DNA of 64,000 nucleotides, from the NCBI GenBank assembly GCA_964016885.1, contig OZ024740.1:351726001-351790000 (forward strand), in the 5' to 3' direction. This stretch comes from Eledone cirrhosa (Eukaryota). Numbering within the stretch: position 1 is the stretch's first letter; each line of letters starts with the position of its first letter. The translations under genes were made by a program, and so were the position numbers. The notes beneath the pieces were generated by a model that saw nothing but the letters and a program-made list of their open reading frames with translations, was not told the DNA's origin and made no database searches. Below are positions 25,159-38,357 of the stretch, piece by piece.

Positions 25159-25892
25159 CTAAGTGAGAAATTAGGAATAAGAGGGATCAGATGCTGTTTA
25201 CTTGAAAGAAGACTACGTTGGTATGGCTACGTGATGCGCATGAAAGACGACAGCTGTATAAAAAAGTGCAGGGCGATCAAAATTGATGGTTGTTATGGAG
25301 TAGGTAGACCCAAAATAGATGGTAGTTATGGAGTAGGTAGACCCAGAAAAACCTGGGACGATCTGATAAATTCCGACCTTACACACTTGCACCTCTCTAA
25401 GACAATGTCACTGGACCGAGATCTTTGGCGCTACGCAGTAATACAGAAGACACGCCTTGTCTATGTACAAAGCAAAACCTACAGTCAGTAGGCTCCTCTT
25501 AACCAAATATACACCCCAATCCACTACCCCTACCCTATCTTCCAACTACCACCAACACCACCCTCTCTCTGTAAAGTTGGTACCACAACATCCAGTCTAA
25601 ATAAATGAGATAATGAGATCAAGATCGTGTAGGTGTCACGAGAAAAAACACACAGTCCACGCTGTAATGTGGCCATGTAGGTAACACGGTAAAAAGTTCC
25701 TAGTTCCACACTGTAAATGTGGTTGGTGTTAGGAAGAGCATCCAGCCGTAGAAAACCTGCCAGATAGTCCTATACGAGTGAGACACGGTCACCCGACCAA
25801 CCTTGCCTCAAGTGGGACAACGCCCATCTAACCCATGCCAGCGTAGAAGATGGACGTTAAATGAAGATGATGTTGATGTTGATGATGATGAT
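25159..25892 (+). mobile_element. RTE 3' fragment (same subfamily as 1-3300)
   Basis: C-terminal coding part, 3'UTR and (GAT)n tail. Internal 33-bp duplication reads KIDGCYGVGRP-KIDGSYGVGRP. Confidence 0.9.
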
Positions 25893-26012
25893 ATATATAT
25901 ATATATATAATATATATATATAATATATATATATATATATAATATATATATATACATATATATATATATAATATATATATAACATATAATATATATATAT
26001 ATAATATATAAT

Positions 26013-29000
26013 ATCATCATCATCAACGTTTAACGTCCGTGTTCCACGCTTGCATGGGTTTGGACGGGGGTAGTCCCACTTGGGGCAAGAGTGATTGTCT
26101 TGCTCGCATAGGACTGTCTGGCAGGTTTTCTACAGTTGGATGCCCTTCCTAACACCAACCACATTTACAGTGTGGGTCTGGGAGGTTTTTACCGTGTTGC
26201 CTACACGGCCACATTACAGCGTGGACTGTGTGTTTTTTTGTCGTGACACCTACACGATCTCATTTGTTTCGGCCTCGATGGCGCGGCACCAACATAACTT
26301 TACATAGAACGGGGTGGTGTGGATGGGGTGGGGATGGTGGTGGTGGGACGGGGTGTATTTTGTTAGAGATGCCTACTGGCTGGAGTAGGTTTTACTATAT
26401 ATTTAGGTAAGGCGGGTCTTCTCTGTTACTGAGTACCGCCAAAGGTCTCGGTCCAGTGACATTGTCTTGGAGAGGTGTAAGTGTGTGATATCGGAGTTTA
26501 TCAGCTCGTCCCAGGTTTTTCTAGGTCTGCCTATTCCGTGACTACCGTCTATCTTTATTGCCCTGCACTTTGTTATACAGCTATCGACTTTCATGCGCAT
26601 CACGTGTCCATACCAACGTAGCCTTCTCTCGAGTAAACAACATCTGATCCCTCTTATCTCTAATTTTTTCCTTAGTTCGTTTATGCTTTGCCGTTCACGT
26701 ATATTACTGTTACACATCCAGCGGAGCATGCAAGCTTCGTTCCTCTCTAGTCTGCGTATATCCTCTGCACACAATGCCCAGGTCTCACTGCCATGCAGCA
26801 TTGCTGTTCGTATGCAGGCATCGTACAACCTGCCTTTCATTTTTAGGGAGAACCCTTTAGCAGCTAATAGTGGTATAAGCTCTCTGAACTTTTTCCAACC
26901 AGTTCTGACTCTAGCTACAGTACTTTCAGAGCACCCTCCCCCACTGCTGATTTTATCGCCCAGGTAACGGAAGCTGTCCACTATTTCTATAGAACCCTCT
27001 GCGCAATTGAAAGAGCTAGTATTTTGTGGGCACTTGCTGCTACTTATTGCACCAGAACACCGGCCACATGTAAAATCTATGTTCTTAGTTAGCTAACCTG
27101 TGATCCCACTACATCTTTTATGCACCCATACTTTGCATTTAGGACATAAAATGGAGTTTCTACCTACGCCTTTCCTACACACCGAGCACGACCATTTCCC
27201 AGAAGGGACCGCCGCCTTGTTTTCTTTCCTACAAACTAGTACGTTGGTCTTAGCCAGGTTAATTTTAAGTCCTTTTGACTCTAGGCCGTGCTTCCATGTT
27301 TGGAATTTCTTCTCTAGCTCGGCCATTGATTCCGTTATGAGTGTCAGGTCGTCTGCGTATAGGAGTTCCCATGGGCAGCCTGTCTTGAACTCCTCTGTTA
27401 TAGCCTGAAGGGCAATAATAAATAGTAGGGGACTGAGAACAGAGCCCTGATGGACGCCAACTTTTACGCTAAACTCTTCACTATATTCGTTGTTAATTCT
27501 AACCTTGCTGACTGTTTCTTTATACATGGCTTGTATAGCCCTCACAAGCCATTCGTCAACGAATGGTACTTCTCCTGTAGTTGTCGTACTATGAAAAGAG
27601 CGTCTGTGGTACTTTTGCCTGACACAAACCCGAACTGCATTTCATCTAGGTCAATTCTCTCTCTGATTAGTTGCGCTATTACTTTTTCCGTGACCTTCAT
27701 GACCTGGTCGATTAATTTAATGCCTCTATAGTTACTCCTATCTAGGGCGTCTCCTTTACCCTTATAACAGTTAACGATGATGCTGCTATGCCAGTCCTTC
27801 GGAACAACCCCATTCTGTACGACTTGGTTAACTATGCGGGTGACCATGGTGTGTCCCACCGTGCCAGATGCCTTCAGCATCTCAGCAACTATTTCCGAAG
27901 GCCCAGCCGCCTTACCCGTCTTCATATCCTTGATTGCCTTACTTATTATACTCCCCTCGACTAACACTGCTGGTCCCTCTATTGGGTCGATATGGGGGAG
28001 ACTGTCTTTCTCCCATTTATTCTCCTCATTTAGTAGCCTTTCATAGTGACACTTCCAAGCTACCTTCTTATCAGCGTCGGTGATGGCAAGTGTGCCATCG
28101 TCGTTTAGTACACACTTCTCCCCGACAATATCACGGTTTTCCTTGACGCATTGCCTAGCAATCCTGAACACCTCACGTTTTTGGTCATCGCGTTGTAGAA
28201 CATGCTTGAACTTTCTTTCCTCAGCTTCCCTTCTTGCTAAGTACACTTGTCTCCTAGCTTCCCTCCTGGCCACTTGATAGTCTTCTCTACTTCCCCCATC
28301 CCGCCATACTTTCCAAGCCTGCTTTTTGGCCTTAATTGACCCCTCCACCTTACTGTTCCACCACCATGTTACTCTCCTCCTGCCTACAGGCCTGCTCCAG
28401 CCACAGACTTCGTCTGTCGCCAACAGCAGGTTTGCTTTCAGAAATTCCCACTCTCCCTCTATATTGTCCGACTCTAAATGTTCTTCCTTACTGTCGAAAG
28501 CATCAAGTAATATGCTTTGAAATTTATTCCTGGCTGTGGGGTCCTTTAGCTTCCATATTTTTCTCCTGAGGATAGTCCTCTTCTGCTGTCGAGTACGTCT
28601 CGTCCTGACTATGAGGTCGCTAATTATCAGTCTATGTTGGGAGGTGCATTCTTCATGGGGGAGGGATTTAGTGTTTACAACAGACACTCTGTCACGTCTT
28701 CTGGTAAGGATATAATCTACCTGGCTTGTGTGTTCCCCGGATCTATAGGTGATCAGGTGATTGTCACGTTTTTTGAAGTTAGTGTTACAGATAGTTAGGT
28801 TATTTGCATCACAGAATTCCAGGATTCTGGAGCCTTCCTCATTTCTAGTACCAAACCCATAGCCTCCATGGATTTCGTCGTAGCCGTCACAATGTTGTCC
28901 AACGTGACCATTTAGGTCGCCTGCGATAATTATATAGTCACTGTCGGATATTTGGGAGGTAGTTAGCATCAGTGTCTCATAGAATCTGTCTTTTATAGTG

Positions 29001-30020
29001 CCGGGCAGTCCGGATTGGGGTGCGTACGCAGATATTACTGTCACCGTAGTTCTATTGAGGACAAGTCGTATTTTAATTATTCTGTCGTTCACTCTATTTA
29101 CGTCTATTATCTTATCTGCCCACTTTTCTGCTACCATGATTCCTACTCCACCCAGCCCATCGTCGTTTCCCACTCAGAAAAGCTTATAACATCGTTTTTT
29201 ACCCTCAATGAACCTAGCAGACCCACCCCTCCACCTGGTCTCTTGAATACAACAAACATCGACCTCCTTACGTTCAAGCATTTCTACAACCTCGTTAGCG
29301 CGACCCTTTAGGGTGCCTACATTTATGGTACCAACTCTGAAGTTTTGGATTGCGTTTGGGGGTTGGGGGCGGTGGGGGGCGGGGGGCGATGGGGTTATGT
29401 TAGCCGTCCGCGGTCGAAACAATGAGGAGTGCTCGCATTCTCGTCCAAGAGGTGAATTTGTCTTTATCTTTGGCATTGTCGCTGAGCGTCCAGATTTTTC
29501 TCTCTTTCTCCTCCACTCTCCAGGATTCCGCAGTCCATCCATCCATCATATATCGAAAAGCAACCAGGCAAGCGATAGTATAGGCCTCTGGCTTCTGATT
29601 GGTCCGCGTAATAATACTGGTGATGCGTGGGGGCTCTGGCTTATGATTGGTCCATGTAATAGCAATGGTGATGCGTGGGGGCGGGAGGGAGGGGTGTTGA
29701 ATAACTAGATAGAAGGTAATGATTGAATGGGGTCCTTGCATTTAACAAGCGATTAACAAAAATACAAAATTTGTTCTGTTCAATACGACCAAAAACTTTC
29801 GTATTTAACAATTAATAAATACAAAAAATGTAGATTGTTTTAGCGATAGATTGGCTATTTGGACTTGATACGAAATATGGATTGTTTTGAAAATACGCTA
29901 GAATTAGGAAATGGGGAATTAGGATTTGTGGAGGTAGAGATGAAGGAAAATCTGTACATTACGTTACATGAATATCGTGGGGTAACAGCAAAGCAATGAA
30001 ATTTGGCGAAGTGAATTCCT
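26013..30020 (-). mobile_element. Near full-length RTE LINE (5'UTR, APE, RT, PHD-like finger, 3'UTR), inactivated
   Basis: ORFs 29174-29542, 27542-29173, 27093-27545 and 26403-26981. Stops at 29174 and 27093, and a deletion of about 100 bp at about 27560. The 5' boundary is approximate. Confidence 0.93.
29586..29686 (-). promoter_or_regulatory. Putative internal RTE promoter: GC box + duplicated CCAAT module
   Basis: 48-bp tandem duplication with CCAATCA in each unit (ATTGG at 29598 and 29646) plus GGGGGCGGGA. A single CCCGCCCCC..GCCAATCA module lies at about 53215-53245 in the other long copy. Confidence 0.5.
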
Positions 30021-30057
30021 ATCATATATATATATATATAGAGAGAGAGTATATATA

Positions 30058-30244
30058 ATAGTTTCTACATTTGGCAAAAGGCCAGCAATTACCCAGTGCA
30101 TTACTGGTACTTTATTTTATCGATCCCGTAAGGATGAAAGGCAAAGTTAACCTCAACGGGATTTGAACTCAGACCGTAAAGGGACGTAACTATGCTGTAA
30201 AGCATGGCGTCCGACCCTCTACCGATACTGCCAATCCACCGCCC
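30058..30244 (-). mobile_element. Family-2 (Meta-type) SINE
   Basis: Full copy between (AT)n tracts. Confidence 0.85.
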
Positions 30245-30270
30245 TATATATATAATATATAATATATATA

Positions 30271-31858
30271 TTCATTTATGCTTTATCGTTCGCGTATATT
30301 ACTATTACACATCCATCGGAGCATGCAGGCTTCGTTTCTCTCTAATCTACGTAAGTCTTCCACCTTCAGCGCCCAGGTCTCACTACCATGCAACGTCGCT
30401 GTTCGGATACACGCATCATACAGTCTGCCTTTCATTTTGAGGGAGAAGCCTTTTGCAGCTAGCAGTGGTAGTTCCCTAAACTTCTTCCATCCCGTTCTTA
30501 CCCTAGTTATTGTACTTTCTGAACACCCACCTCCGCTGCTAATTCGGTCACCTAGGTAGCAGAAGCTGTCTACTGTTTCTACAGAGCCCTCCCAGAGATT
30601 GGTGGTACTTGTTTTCTGTGGCTGTTTGCTGCTTGCTGTCCCAGCACAGCTGCTGCATGTGAAGCCTACATTCTTAATTAAGCTTCCTGAGATCCCGCTA
30701 CATCTCTTGTGTACCCATTGTTTGCATTTGGAGCAGAGAATGGAGTTCCTACCTACACCTTTCCTACATACTGAGCAATCCCCTGAGGGGATCTGGGTTC
30801 TGTCTTCTCGTCTACTTACAAGGACCTTAGTCTTTGTCATGTTGACTTTGAGACCCTTTCTTTCTAGTCCCTGCTTCCAAGTTTGGAATTTCTTCTCTAG
30901 TTCTACCATAGATTCAGTTATAAGTGTGAGGTCATCAGCATACAGGAGTTCCCATGGGCATCCGGTCTTAAACTCCTCCATTATTGCCTGCAGGACTATT
31001 ATGAACAGGAGGGGCTAAGAACAGAGCCCTGGTGGACCCCAATCTGTACGCTAAATTCCTCGCTATACTCATTGCTAATCCTAACTTTGCTGACTGCTCC
31101 CCTATACATGGCTTGTACCGCTTTCACAAGCCATTCATCTACTCCTAGTTTTCTAAGAGACCACCAGATTACAGCACGTGGAACTCTGTCAAAGGCTTTC
31201 TCAAGATCGACGAATGCCAGGTAGAGTGGCTTACTTTTAGTTAGGTACTTTTCCTGTAACTGCCTCACAAGGAAGAGGGCATCAGTGGTGCCTCTTCCTG
31301 GTACGAACACAAATTGCATCTCATCTATATTCACCCGGTCCCTAATCAACTGTGCTATAACTCTTTCTGTTACTTTCATGACCTGGTCCATCAGCTTTAT
31401 ACCTCTATAGTTTCCTCTATCTAGTGCATCACCTTTACCTTTGTAGCAGTTGACAATGATGCTACTGCACCAATCTTTTGGTATGACACCTTCTAGTATT
31501 ACCTGGTTAACAATACGTGTGGTTATAGCGTGACCTACAGACTTAGATGCCTTCAGCATCTCGGCAGCTATACCCGATGGACAGGTTGCCTTCCCCATCT
31601 TCATATCTCTGATTGCCTTACTTACTATGCTGCTGCTGACTTGTACTGCTGGCCCCTCTATAGGGTCTACTTGGGGTAGGGTCTCTTCTTCCCATGCATT
31701 CTCCTCATTTAGTAATCTATCATAATGACTCTTCCATGCATCTTTCTTCTCAGCACTTGTGAGGGCAAGCTCACCTTTATCATTCCGGATACATTTCTCT
31801 CCAATGATATCACAATTCTCTCTGATACACTGCCTCGCAACCTTGAACACCTCCTGTT
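30271..31858 (-). mobile_element. RTE subfamily-2 internal fragment lacking both ends
   Basis: KQEVFKVARQ...RT...CNSNIRER, bounded by irregular TA tracts. Confidence 0.9.
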
Positions 31859-31866
31859 TATATAAT

Positions 31867-31910
<44 letters not shown>

Positions 31911-32032
31911 ATAATATATATATATATATATTATATATATATATATATATAATATAATATATATATATATTATATATATATAATATAATATATATATATA
32001 TATTATATATAATATAATATATATATATATTA

Positions 32033-33248
32033 TCATCATCATCACATCATCATCACCGTTTTACGTCCGTTCTTCCACGCTAGCATGGGTTAGACGGGTT
32101 GTCCTGTTGTGGGCAGTGTCTGGTCGGCTGACCATGCCTTGCTCATACAGGAACTGATCTGGCTTGATTTCTACAGCTGGATGCCCTTCCTAACACCAAC
32201 CTCATTTACAGTGAGTGCTGGGTGCTTTTTCGTGGCGCCTACACGTCCACTTTACAGTGTGGGCTGGGTGCTTTTTTGCCGTGGCACCTCCACGACCACC
32301 TTGCGGTGGGGGGGGGGGGGCATATTGTTTATATGCTTCAGCATGTCCCCATGGGAGGTCGGGTACCCTGTATTACTGCGTGACGCCAGAAGTCACGGTC
32401 GTGTGTCATTGACTTTGAGAGGTGTAGTTGGGTAAGGTCGGCTTTTATCACCTCATCCCAAGTCATCTTGGGTCTCCCCACTCCGCGGTTTCCATCAACT
32501 TCTAGTGCTCTGCACCTTTTTATGCAGCTGTCATCCTTCATACGCATCACATGTCCATACCAGCGTAACCGCCTCTCCTGCACGCAGTATTTGATTCCTC
32601 TTATGCTCAGTCTCTCTCTCAATTCCTTTATGCTTTGTCGTTCACGTATATTACTGTTACACATCCATCGGAGCATGCAGGCTTCGTTTCTCTCTAATCT
32701 ACGTAAGTCTTCCACCTTCAGCGCCCAGGTCTCACTACCATGCAACATCGCTGTTCGGATACACGCATCATACAGTCTGCCTTTCATTCTGAGGGAGAAG
32801 CCTTTTGCAGCTAGCAGTGGTAGTAGTTCCCTAAACTTCTTCCATCCCGTTCTTACCCTAGTTATTGTACTTTCTGAGCACCCACCTCCGTTGCTAATTC
32901 GGTCACCTAGGTAGCAGAAGCTGTCTACTGTTTCTACAGGGCCCTCCCAGAGATTGGTGGTACTTGTTTCCTGTGGCTGTTTGCTTGCTGTTTCAGCACA
33001 GCTGCTGCATGTGAATCCTACATTCTTAATTAAGCTTCCTGAGATCCCGCTACATCTCTTGTGTACCCATTGTTTGCATTTGGGGCAGAGAATGGAGTTC
33101 CTACCTACACCTTTCCTACATACTGAGCAAGGCCATTTCCCTGAGGGGATCTGGGTTCTGTTTTCTCGTCTACTTATAAGGACCTTAGTCTTTGTCATGT
33201 TGACTTTGAGGCCCTTTCTCTCTAGTCCCTGCTTCCAGGTTTGGAATT
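32033..33248 (-). mobile_element. RTE subfamily-2 3' fragment
   Basis: ORF 32338-33198 is near-identical to the C-terminus of ORF 34138-36183. Confidence 0.93.
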
Positions 33249-33267
33249 ATATATAATATAATATATA

Positions 33268-33354
<87 letters not shown>

Positions 33355-33357
<3 letters not shown>

Positions 33358-33713
33358 GTAGGCACCTCTAACAAAAATACCCCCCCCCCCACCCCATCCA
33401 CACCACACCTTTCGAAGTAAAGTTATGTTGGTACCACAACATCCAGTCCGAAATAAATGAGGTCGTGTAGGTGTCACAACAAAAAAAACACACAGTCCAC
33501 GATGTAATGTGGCCGTGTAGGTAACACGGTAAAAACCTCCCAGTCCACACTGTAAACGTGATTAGTGTTAGGAAGGGCATCCAGCCGTAGAAAACCCGCC
33601 AGACAGTCCTATACGAGCAAGACAACCAATCTTGCCTCAAGTGGGAAAACTCCAGTCCAAACCCATGCAAGCGTGGAAGATGGACATTAAACGATGATGA
33701 TGATGATGATGAT
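33355..33713 (+). mobile_element. RTE 3'UTR-only insertion
   Basis: Matches 56572-56930, ends in (GAT)n and is embedded in (AT)n. Confidence 0.88.
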
Positions 33714-33788
33714 ATATAATATATATATATATATATATATAATAGATATATATATATATATAATATATATATAATATATATATATTAT

Positions 33789-36498
33789 TAGATTTTATCC
33801 TCATCAGAGGACGTGACAGATGGACGGTCGTAAACACAAAAGCCTTCCCTAGTGAGGAATGTACATCCCAACATAGCTTAGTTGTCAGTGACCTCACGGT
33901 CAGAACTAGACGAGCCCTGAAACAGAGGCCAACCTGGAGAAGAAAGATCTGGAAGCTGAAAGTCCCCTCAACCAGTAACAGATTTAAAGATATTTTACTC
34001 AACGCCTACGACAGTAAAGAAGAACAGATAGAGACATTTAACGTAGAAGAGAACTGGGAGTTCCTAAAAAATAACTTACTAGAGGCGACGGATGAGGTTT
34101 GTGGCTGGAGTAAGACCTCAAGCAGGAGGAGAGTGACTTGGTGGTGGAACAGGCCAAGAGACAGGCATGGAAAGAATGGAAGAACGGGGGGAGCAGGGTA
34201 CATTACATAGAGACCAAGAGGGAAGCTAGGCGACAAGTATACTTAGCTAGGAGGGAAGCAGAGGATAGAAAATTCAAGCATGTTTTACAACGTGAGGACC
34301 AGAAACAGGAGGTATTCAAGATTGCGAGGCAGTGTGTCAGAGATAGTTGTGATGTCATTGGAGAGAAGTGTATCCGGAATGATAAAGGTGAGCTTGCCCT
34401 CACAAGTGCTGAGAAGAAAGATGCATGGAAGAGTCATTATGATAGATTACTAAATGAGGAGAATGCATGGGAAGAAGAGACCCTACCCCACGTAGACCCT
34501 ATAGAGGGACCAGCAGTACAAGTCAGCGGCAGCGTAGTAAGTAAGGCAATCAGAGATATGAAGATAGGGAAGGCAACCGGTCCATCGGGTATAGCTGCCG
34601 AGATGCTGAAGGCATCTGGGTCTGTAGGTCACACTATAACCACACATATCGTTAACCAGGTAATACTAGAGGGGGCCATACCAAAAGATTGGTGCAGTAG
34701 CATCATTGTCAACTGCTACAAAGGTAAAGGCGATGCACTAGATAGAGGAAACTATAGAGGTATAAAGTTGATGGACCAGGTCATGAAAGTAACAGAAAGA
34801 GTTATAGCACAGCTGATTAGGGACCGGGTGAATATAGACGAGATGCAATTTGTGTTCGTACCAGGAAGAGGCACCACTGATGCCCTCTTCCTTGTGAGGC
34901 AATTACAGGAAAAGTACCTAGCTAAAAGTAAGCCACTCTACTTGGCATTTGTCGACCTTGAGAAAGCCTTTGACAGAGTTCCACGTGCAGTAATCTGGTG
35001 GGCTCTTAGAAAACTAGGAGTAGATGAATGGCTTGTGAAAGCGGTACAAGCCATGTATAGGGGAGCAGTCAGCAAAGTTAGGATTGGCAATGAGTATAGC
35101 GAGGAATTTAGCGTACAGGTTGGGGTCCACCAGGGCTCTGTTCTTAGCCCTCTCCTGTTCATCATAGTCCTGCAGGCAATAACGGAGGAGTTTAAGACCG
35201 GATGCCCATGGGAACTCCTGTATGCTGATGACCTCGCACTCATAGCTGAATCTATGGTAGAACTAGAGAATAAATTCCAAACCTGGAAGCATGGACTAGA
35301 GAGAAAGGGCCTCAAAGTCAACATGACAAAGACTAAGGTCCTTATAAGTAGACGAGAAAACAGAACCCAGATCCCCTCAGGGAAATGGCCTTGCTCAGTA
35401 TGTAGGAAAGGTGTAGGTAGGAACTCCATTCTCTGCCCCAAATGCAAACAATGGGTACACAAGAGATGTAGCGGGATCTCAGGAAGCTTAATTAAGAATG
35501 TAGGATTCACATGCAGCAGCTGTGCTGAAACAGCAAGCAAACAGCCACAGGAAACAAGTACCACCAATCTCTGGGAGGGCCCTGTAGAAACAGTAGACAG
35601 CTTCTGCTACCTAGGTGACCGAATTAGCAACGGAGGTGGGTGCTCAGAAAGTACAATAACTAGGGTAAGAACGGGATGGAAGAAGTTTAGGGAACTACTA
35701 CCACTGCTAGCTGCAAAAGGCTTCTCCCTCAGAATGAAAGGCAGACTGTATGATGCGTGTATCCGAACAGCGATGTTGCATGGTAGTGAGACCTGGGCGC
35801 TGAAGGTGGAAGACTTACGTAGATTAGAGAGAAACGAAGCCTGCATGCTCCGATGGATGTGTAACAGTAATATACGTGAACGACAAAGCATAAAGGAATT
35901 GAGAGAGAGACTGAGCATAAGAGGAATCAAATGCTGCGTGCAGGAGAGGCGGTTACGCTGGTATGGACATGTGATGCGTATGAAGGATGACAGCTGCATA
36001 AAAAGGTGCAGAGCACTAGAAGTTGATGGAAACCGCGGAGTGGGGAGACCCAAGATGACTTGGGATGAGGTGATAAAAGCCGACCTTACCCAACTACACC
36101 TCTCAAAGTCAATGACACACGACCGTGACTTCTGGCGTCACGCAGTAATACAGGGTACCCGACCTCCCATGGGTACATGCTGAAGCATATAAACAATATG
36201 CCCCCCCCCCCCCCCCCCCCCCCACTGCAAGGTGGTCGTGGAGGTGCCACGGCAAAAAAAGCACCCAGCCCACACTGTAAAGTGGACGTGTAGGCGCCAC
36301 GAAAAAGCACCCAGCACTCACTGTAAATGAGGTTGGTGTTAGGAAGGGCATCCAGCTGTAGAAATCAAGCCAGATCAGTTCCTGTATGAGCAAGGCATGG
36401 TCAGCCGACCAGACACTGCCCTCAACAGGACAACCCGTCTAACCCATGCTAGCGTGGAAGAACGGACGTAAAACGGTGATGATGATGATGATGATGAT
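33789..36498 (+). mobile_element. RTE subfamily-2 LINE, 5'-truncated, with long open RT/PHD ORF (34138-36183)
   Basis: 681-aa ORF with DLEKAFD, GVHQG, YADD, C4HC3 finger and RRLRWYGHV. 3'UTR has poly-C and (GAT)n. Confidence 0.95.
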
Positions 36499-36840
36499 AT
36501 ATAATATATATATATATATATATAATATATATATATATACATGGCAGCGATAATGAGGGACAGAGACCGCTGGAGAGAACTCGTCCATGGATCTCGGGAA
36601 TTTTACCCGCCTTAGATAGATAGATAGATATATAATATATATATATATAATATATATATAATACATATATATATATAATATATATATATATATAATATAT
36701 ATATAATATATATATATATATAATATATATATATATAATACATATATATATAATACATATATATATAATATATATATATATAATATATATATATATAATA
36801 CACACATATATATATATAATATATATATATATAATATATA

Positions 36841-37230
36841 TTTATTAAAATAACAGATTAAAGTTTAAGCAAAGAATCGCTGCTTTCACCCTGAACGGGA
36901 TCTTCTGAAAATAACAAAGTCAATCTGTAAACGCAGAACTGGATATTTCAAAAAACGTTGCAACCGGAGGAAGACAGGAAGACGATACTTTGGTTCGTGG
37001 AAACGTTCGCTGGCAAAGAACGGGAAAAGACGAATAATACGTCATTAATAGGAGCGGTGAAAAACAATTACGCGCAAAGACAGAACCACGTTTATGGTAT
37101 AAACGTGGTATAAAGGTGGTGCATAGAGACGTTCTCTGGCAATGAACGAAAAAGCGAAGATAATAAGTCATATGTGGAGCGTGGAGAACAATGCGTGCTA
37201 TTGCGTGCTATTGTTCTCCACGCTCCATGT
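36841..37230 (-). other. Unclassified CpG-rich hairpin element with degenerate hammerhead-like motif
   Basis: Hairpins at 37085-37109 and 37175-37227. Minus-strand 36864-36910 reads ttt-CAGAAGA-tCCC(gttca)GGGt-GAA-AGCAG(cgattct)TTGCT-T|aaa. Confidence 0.4.
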
Positions 37231-38355
37231 ATTTTTGTTAGAGGTGCCTACTGACTGTAGGTTTCGCTTTGTACTTAGGCAAGGCGGGTCTTCTGTATTA
37301 CTGTGTAGCGCCAAAGATCTCGGTCCAGTGACATTGTCTTGGAGATGTGTAAGTGTGTGAGATCAGAATTTATCAAGTCGTCCCAGGTTTTTCTGGATCT
37401 GCCTACTCCGTGGCTACTGTCTATTTTTATCGCCCTGCACTTTTTTATACAGTTGTCGTCTTTCATGCGCATCACGTGACCATACCAACATAGTCTTCTC
37501 TCGAGTAAACAATATCTGATTCCTCTTATTCCTAATTTCTCCCTTAGTTCATTTATGCTTTGCCGTTCACGTATATTACTATTACACATCCAACGGAGCA
37601 TGCAAGCTTCGTTCCTCTCCAGTCTGCGTATATCCTCTGCACACAATGCCCAAGTCTCACTGCCATGTAACATTGCTGTTCGTATGAAGGCATCATACAG
37701 CCTGCCTTTCATTTTTAAAGAGAACCCTTTAGCAGCCAATAGTGGTATAAGATCTCTGAACTTCTTCCATCCCATTCTGACTCTAGCTACTGTACTCTCA
37801 GAGCACCCTCCACCACTGCTGATTTTGTCACCCAGGTAATGGAAGGTGTCCACTATTTCTATAGAACCATCTGTGCAATGGAATGGGCTAGCATTCTGTG
37901 GGCACTTTCTGGTACTTATTGCACCTGAGCACCGGCCACATATAAAATCTATATTTTTAGTTAGCTTACCTGTGATCCCAATACATCTTTTATGCACCCA
38001 TACTTTGCATTTGGGACATAAAATGGAGTTTCTGCCTACTCCTTTCCTACACACTGAGCATGGCCATTTCCCAGATGGGACCAGTGCCCTATTTTCCTTC
38101 CTACATACTAGAACTTTAGTCTTAGACAGGTTAATTGTAAGGCCTTTTGATTCTAGGCCATGCTTCCATGTTTGGAATTTCTTCTCTAGTTCAGCCATTG
38201 ATTCAGCTATGAGCGTTAGATCATCTGCGTATAGAAGTTCCCATGGGCAGCCGGTCTTGAACTCCTCTGTTATAGCCTGAAGGGCAATAATGAATAGTAG
38301 AGGGCTAAGGACGGAGCCCTGATGAACACCAACTCTTCACTATATTCGTTGTTAA
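37228..38355 (-). mobile_element. RTE fragment (RT end to start of 3'UTR)
   Basis: ORF 37275-38198. Shares diagnostic residues (KRCIG, DDNC, IDSS, RYTV) with the 53150-56930 copy. Confidence 0.92.
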
Positions 38356-38357
38356 GC

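Noticed and set aside
30999-32045. RT ORF with an Ile/Tyr-rich N-terminus
   Set aside because: The N-terminus is translation of a TA tract and the (ATG)n tail of the neighbouring element.
34938-36053. Recurrent antisense ORFs over RTE copies
   Set aside because: Shadow frames with no recognisable domain. They recur only because the elements are copies.
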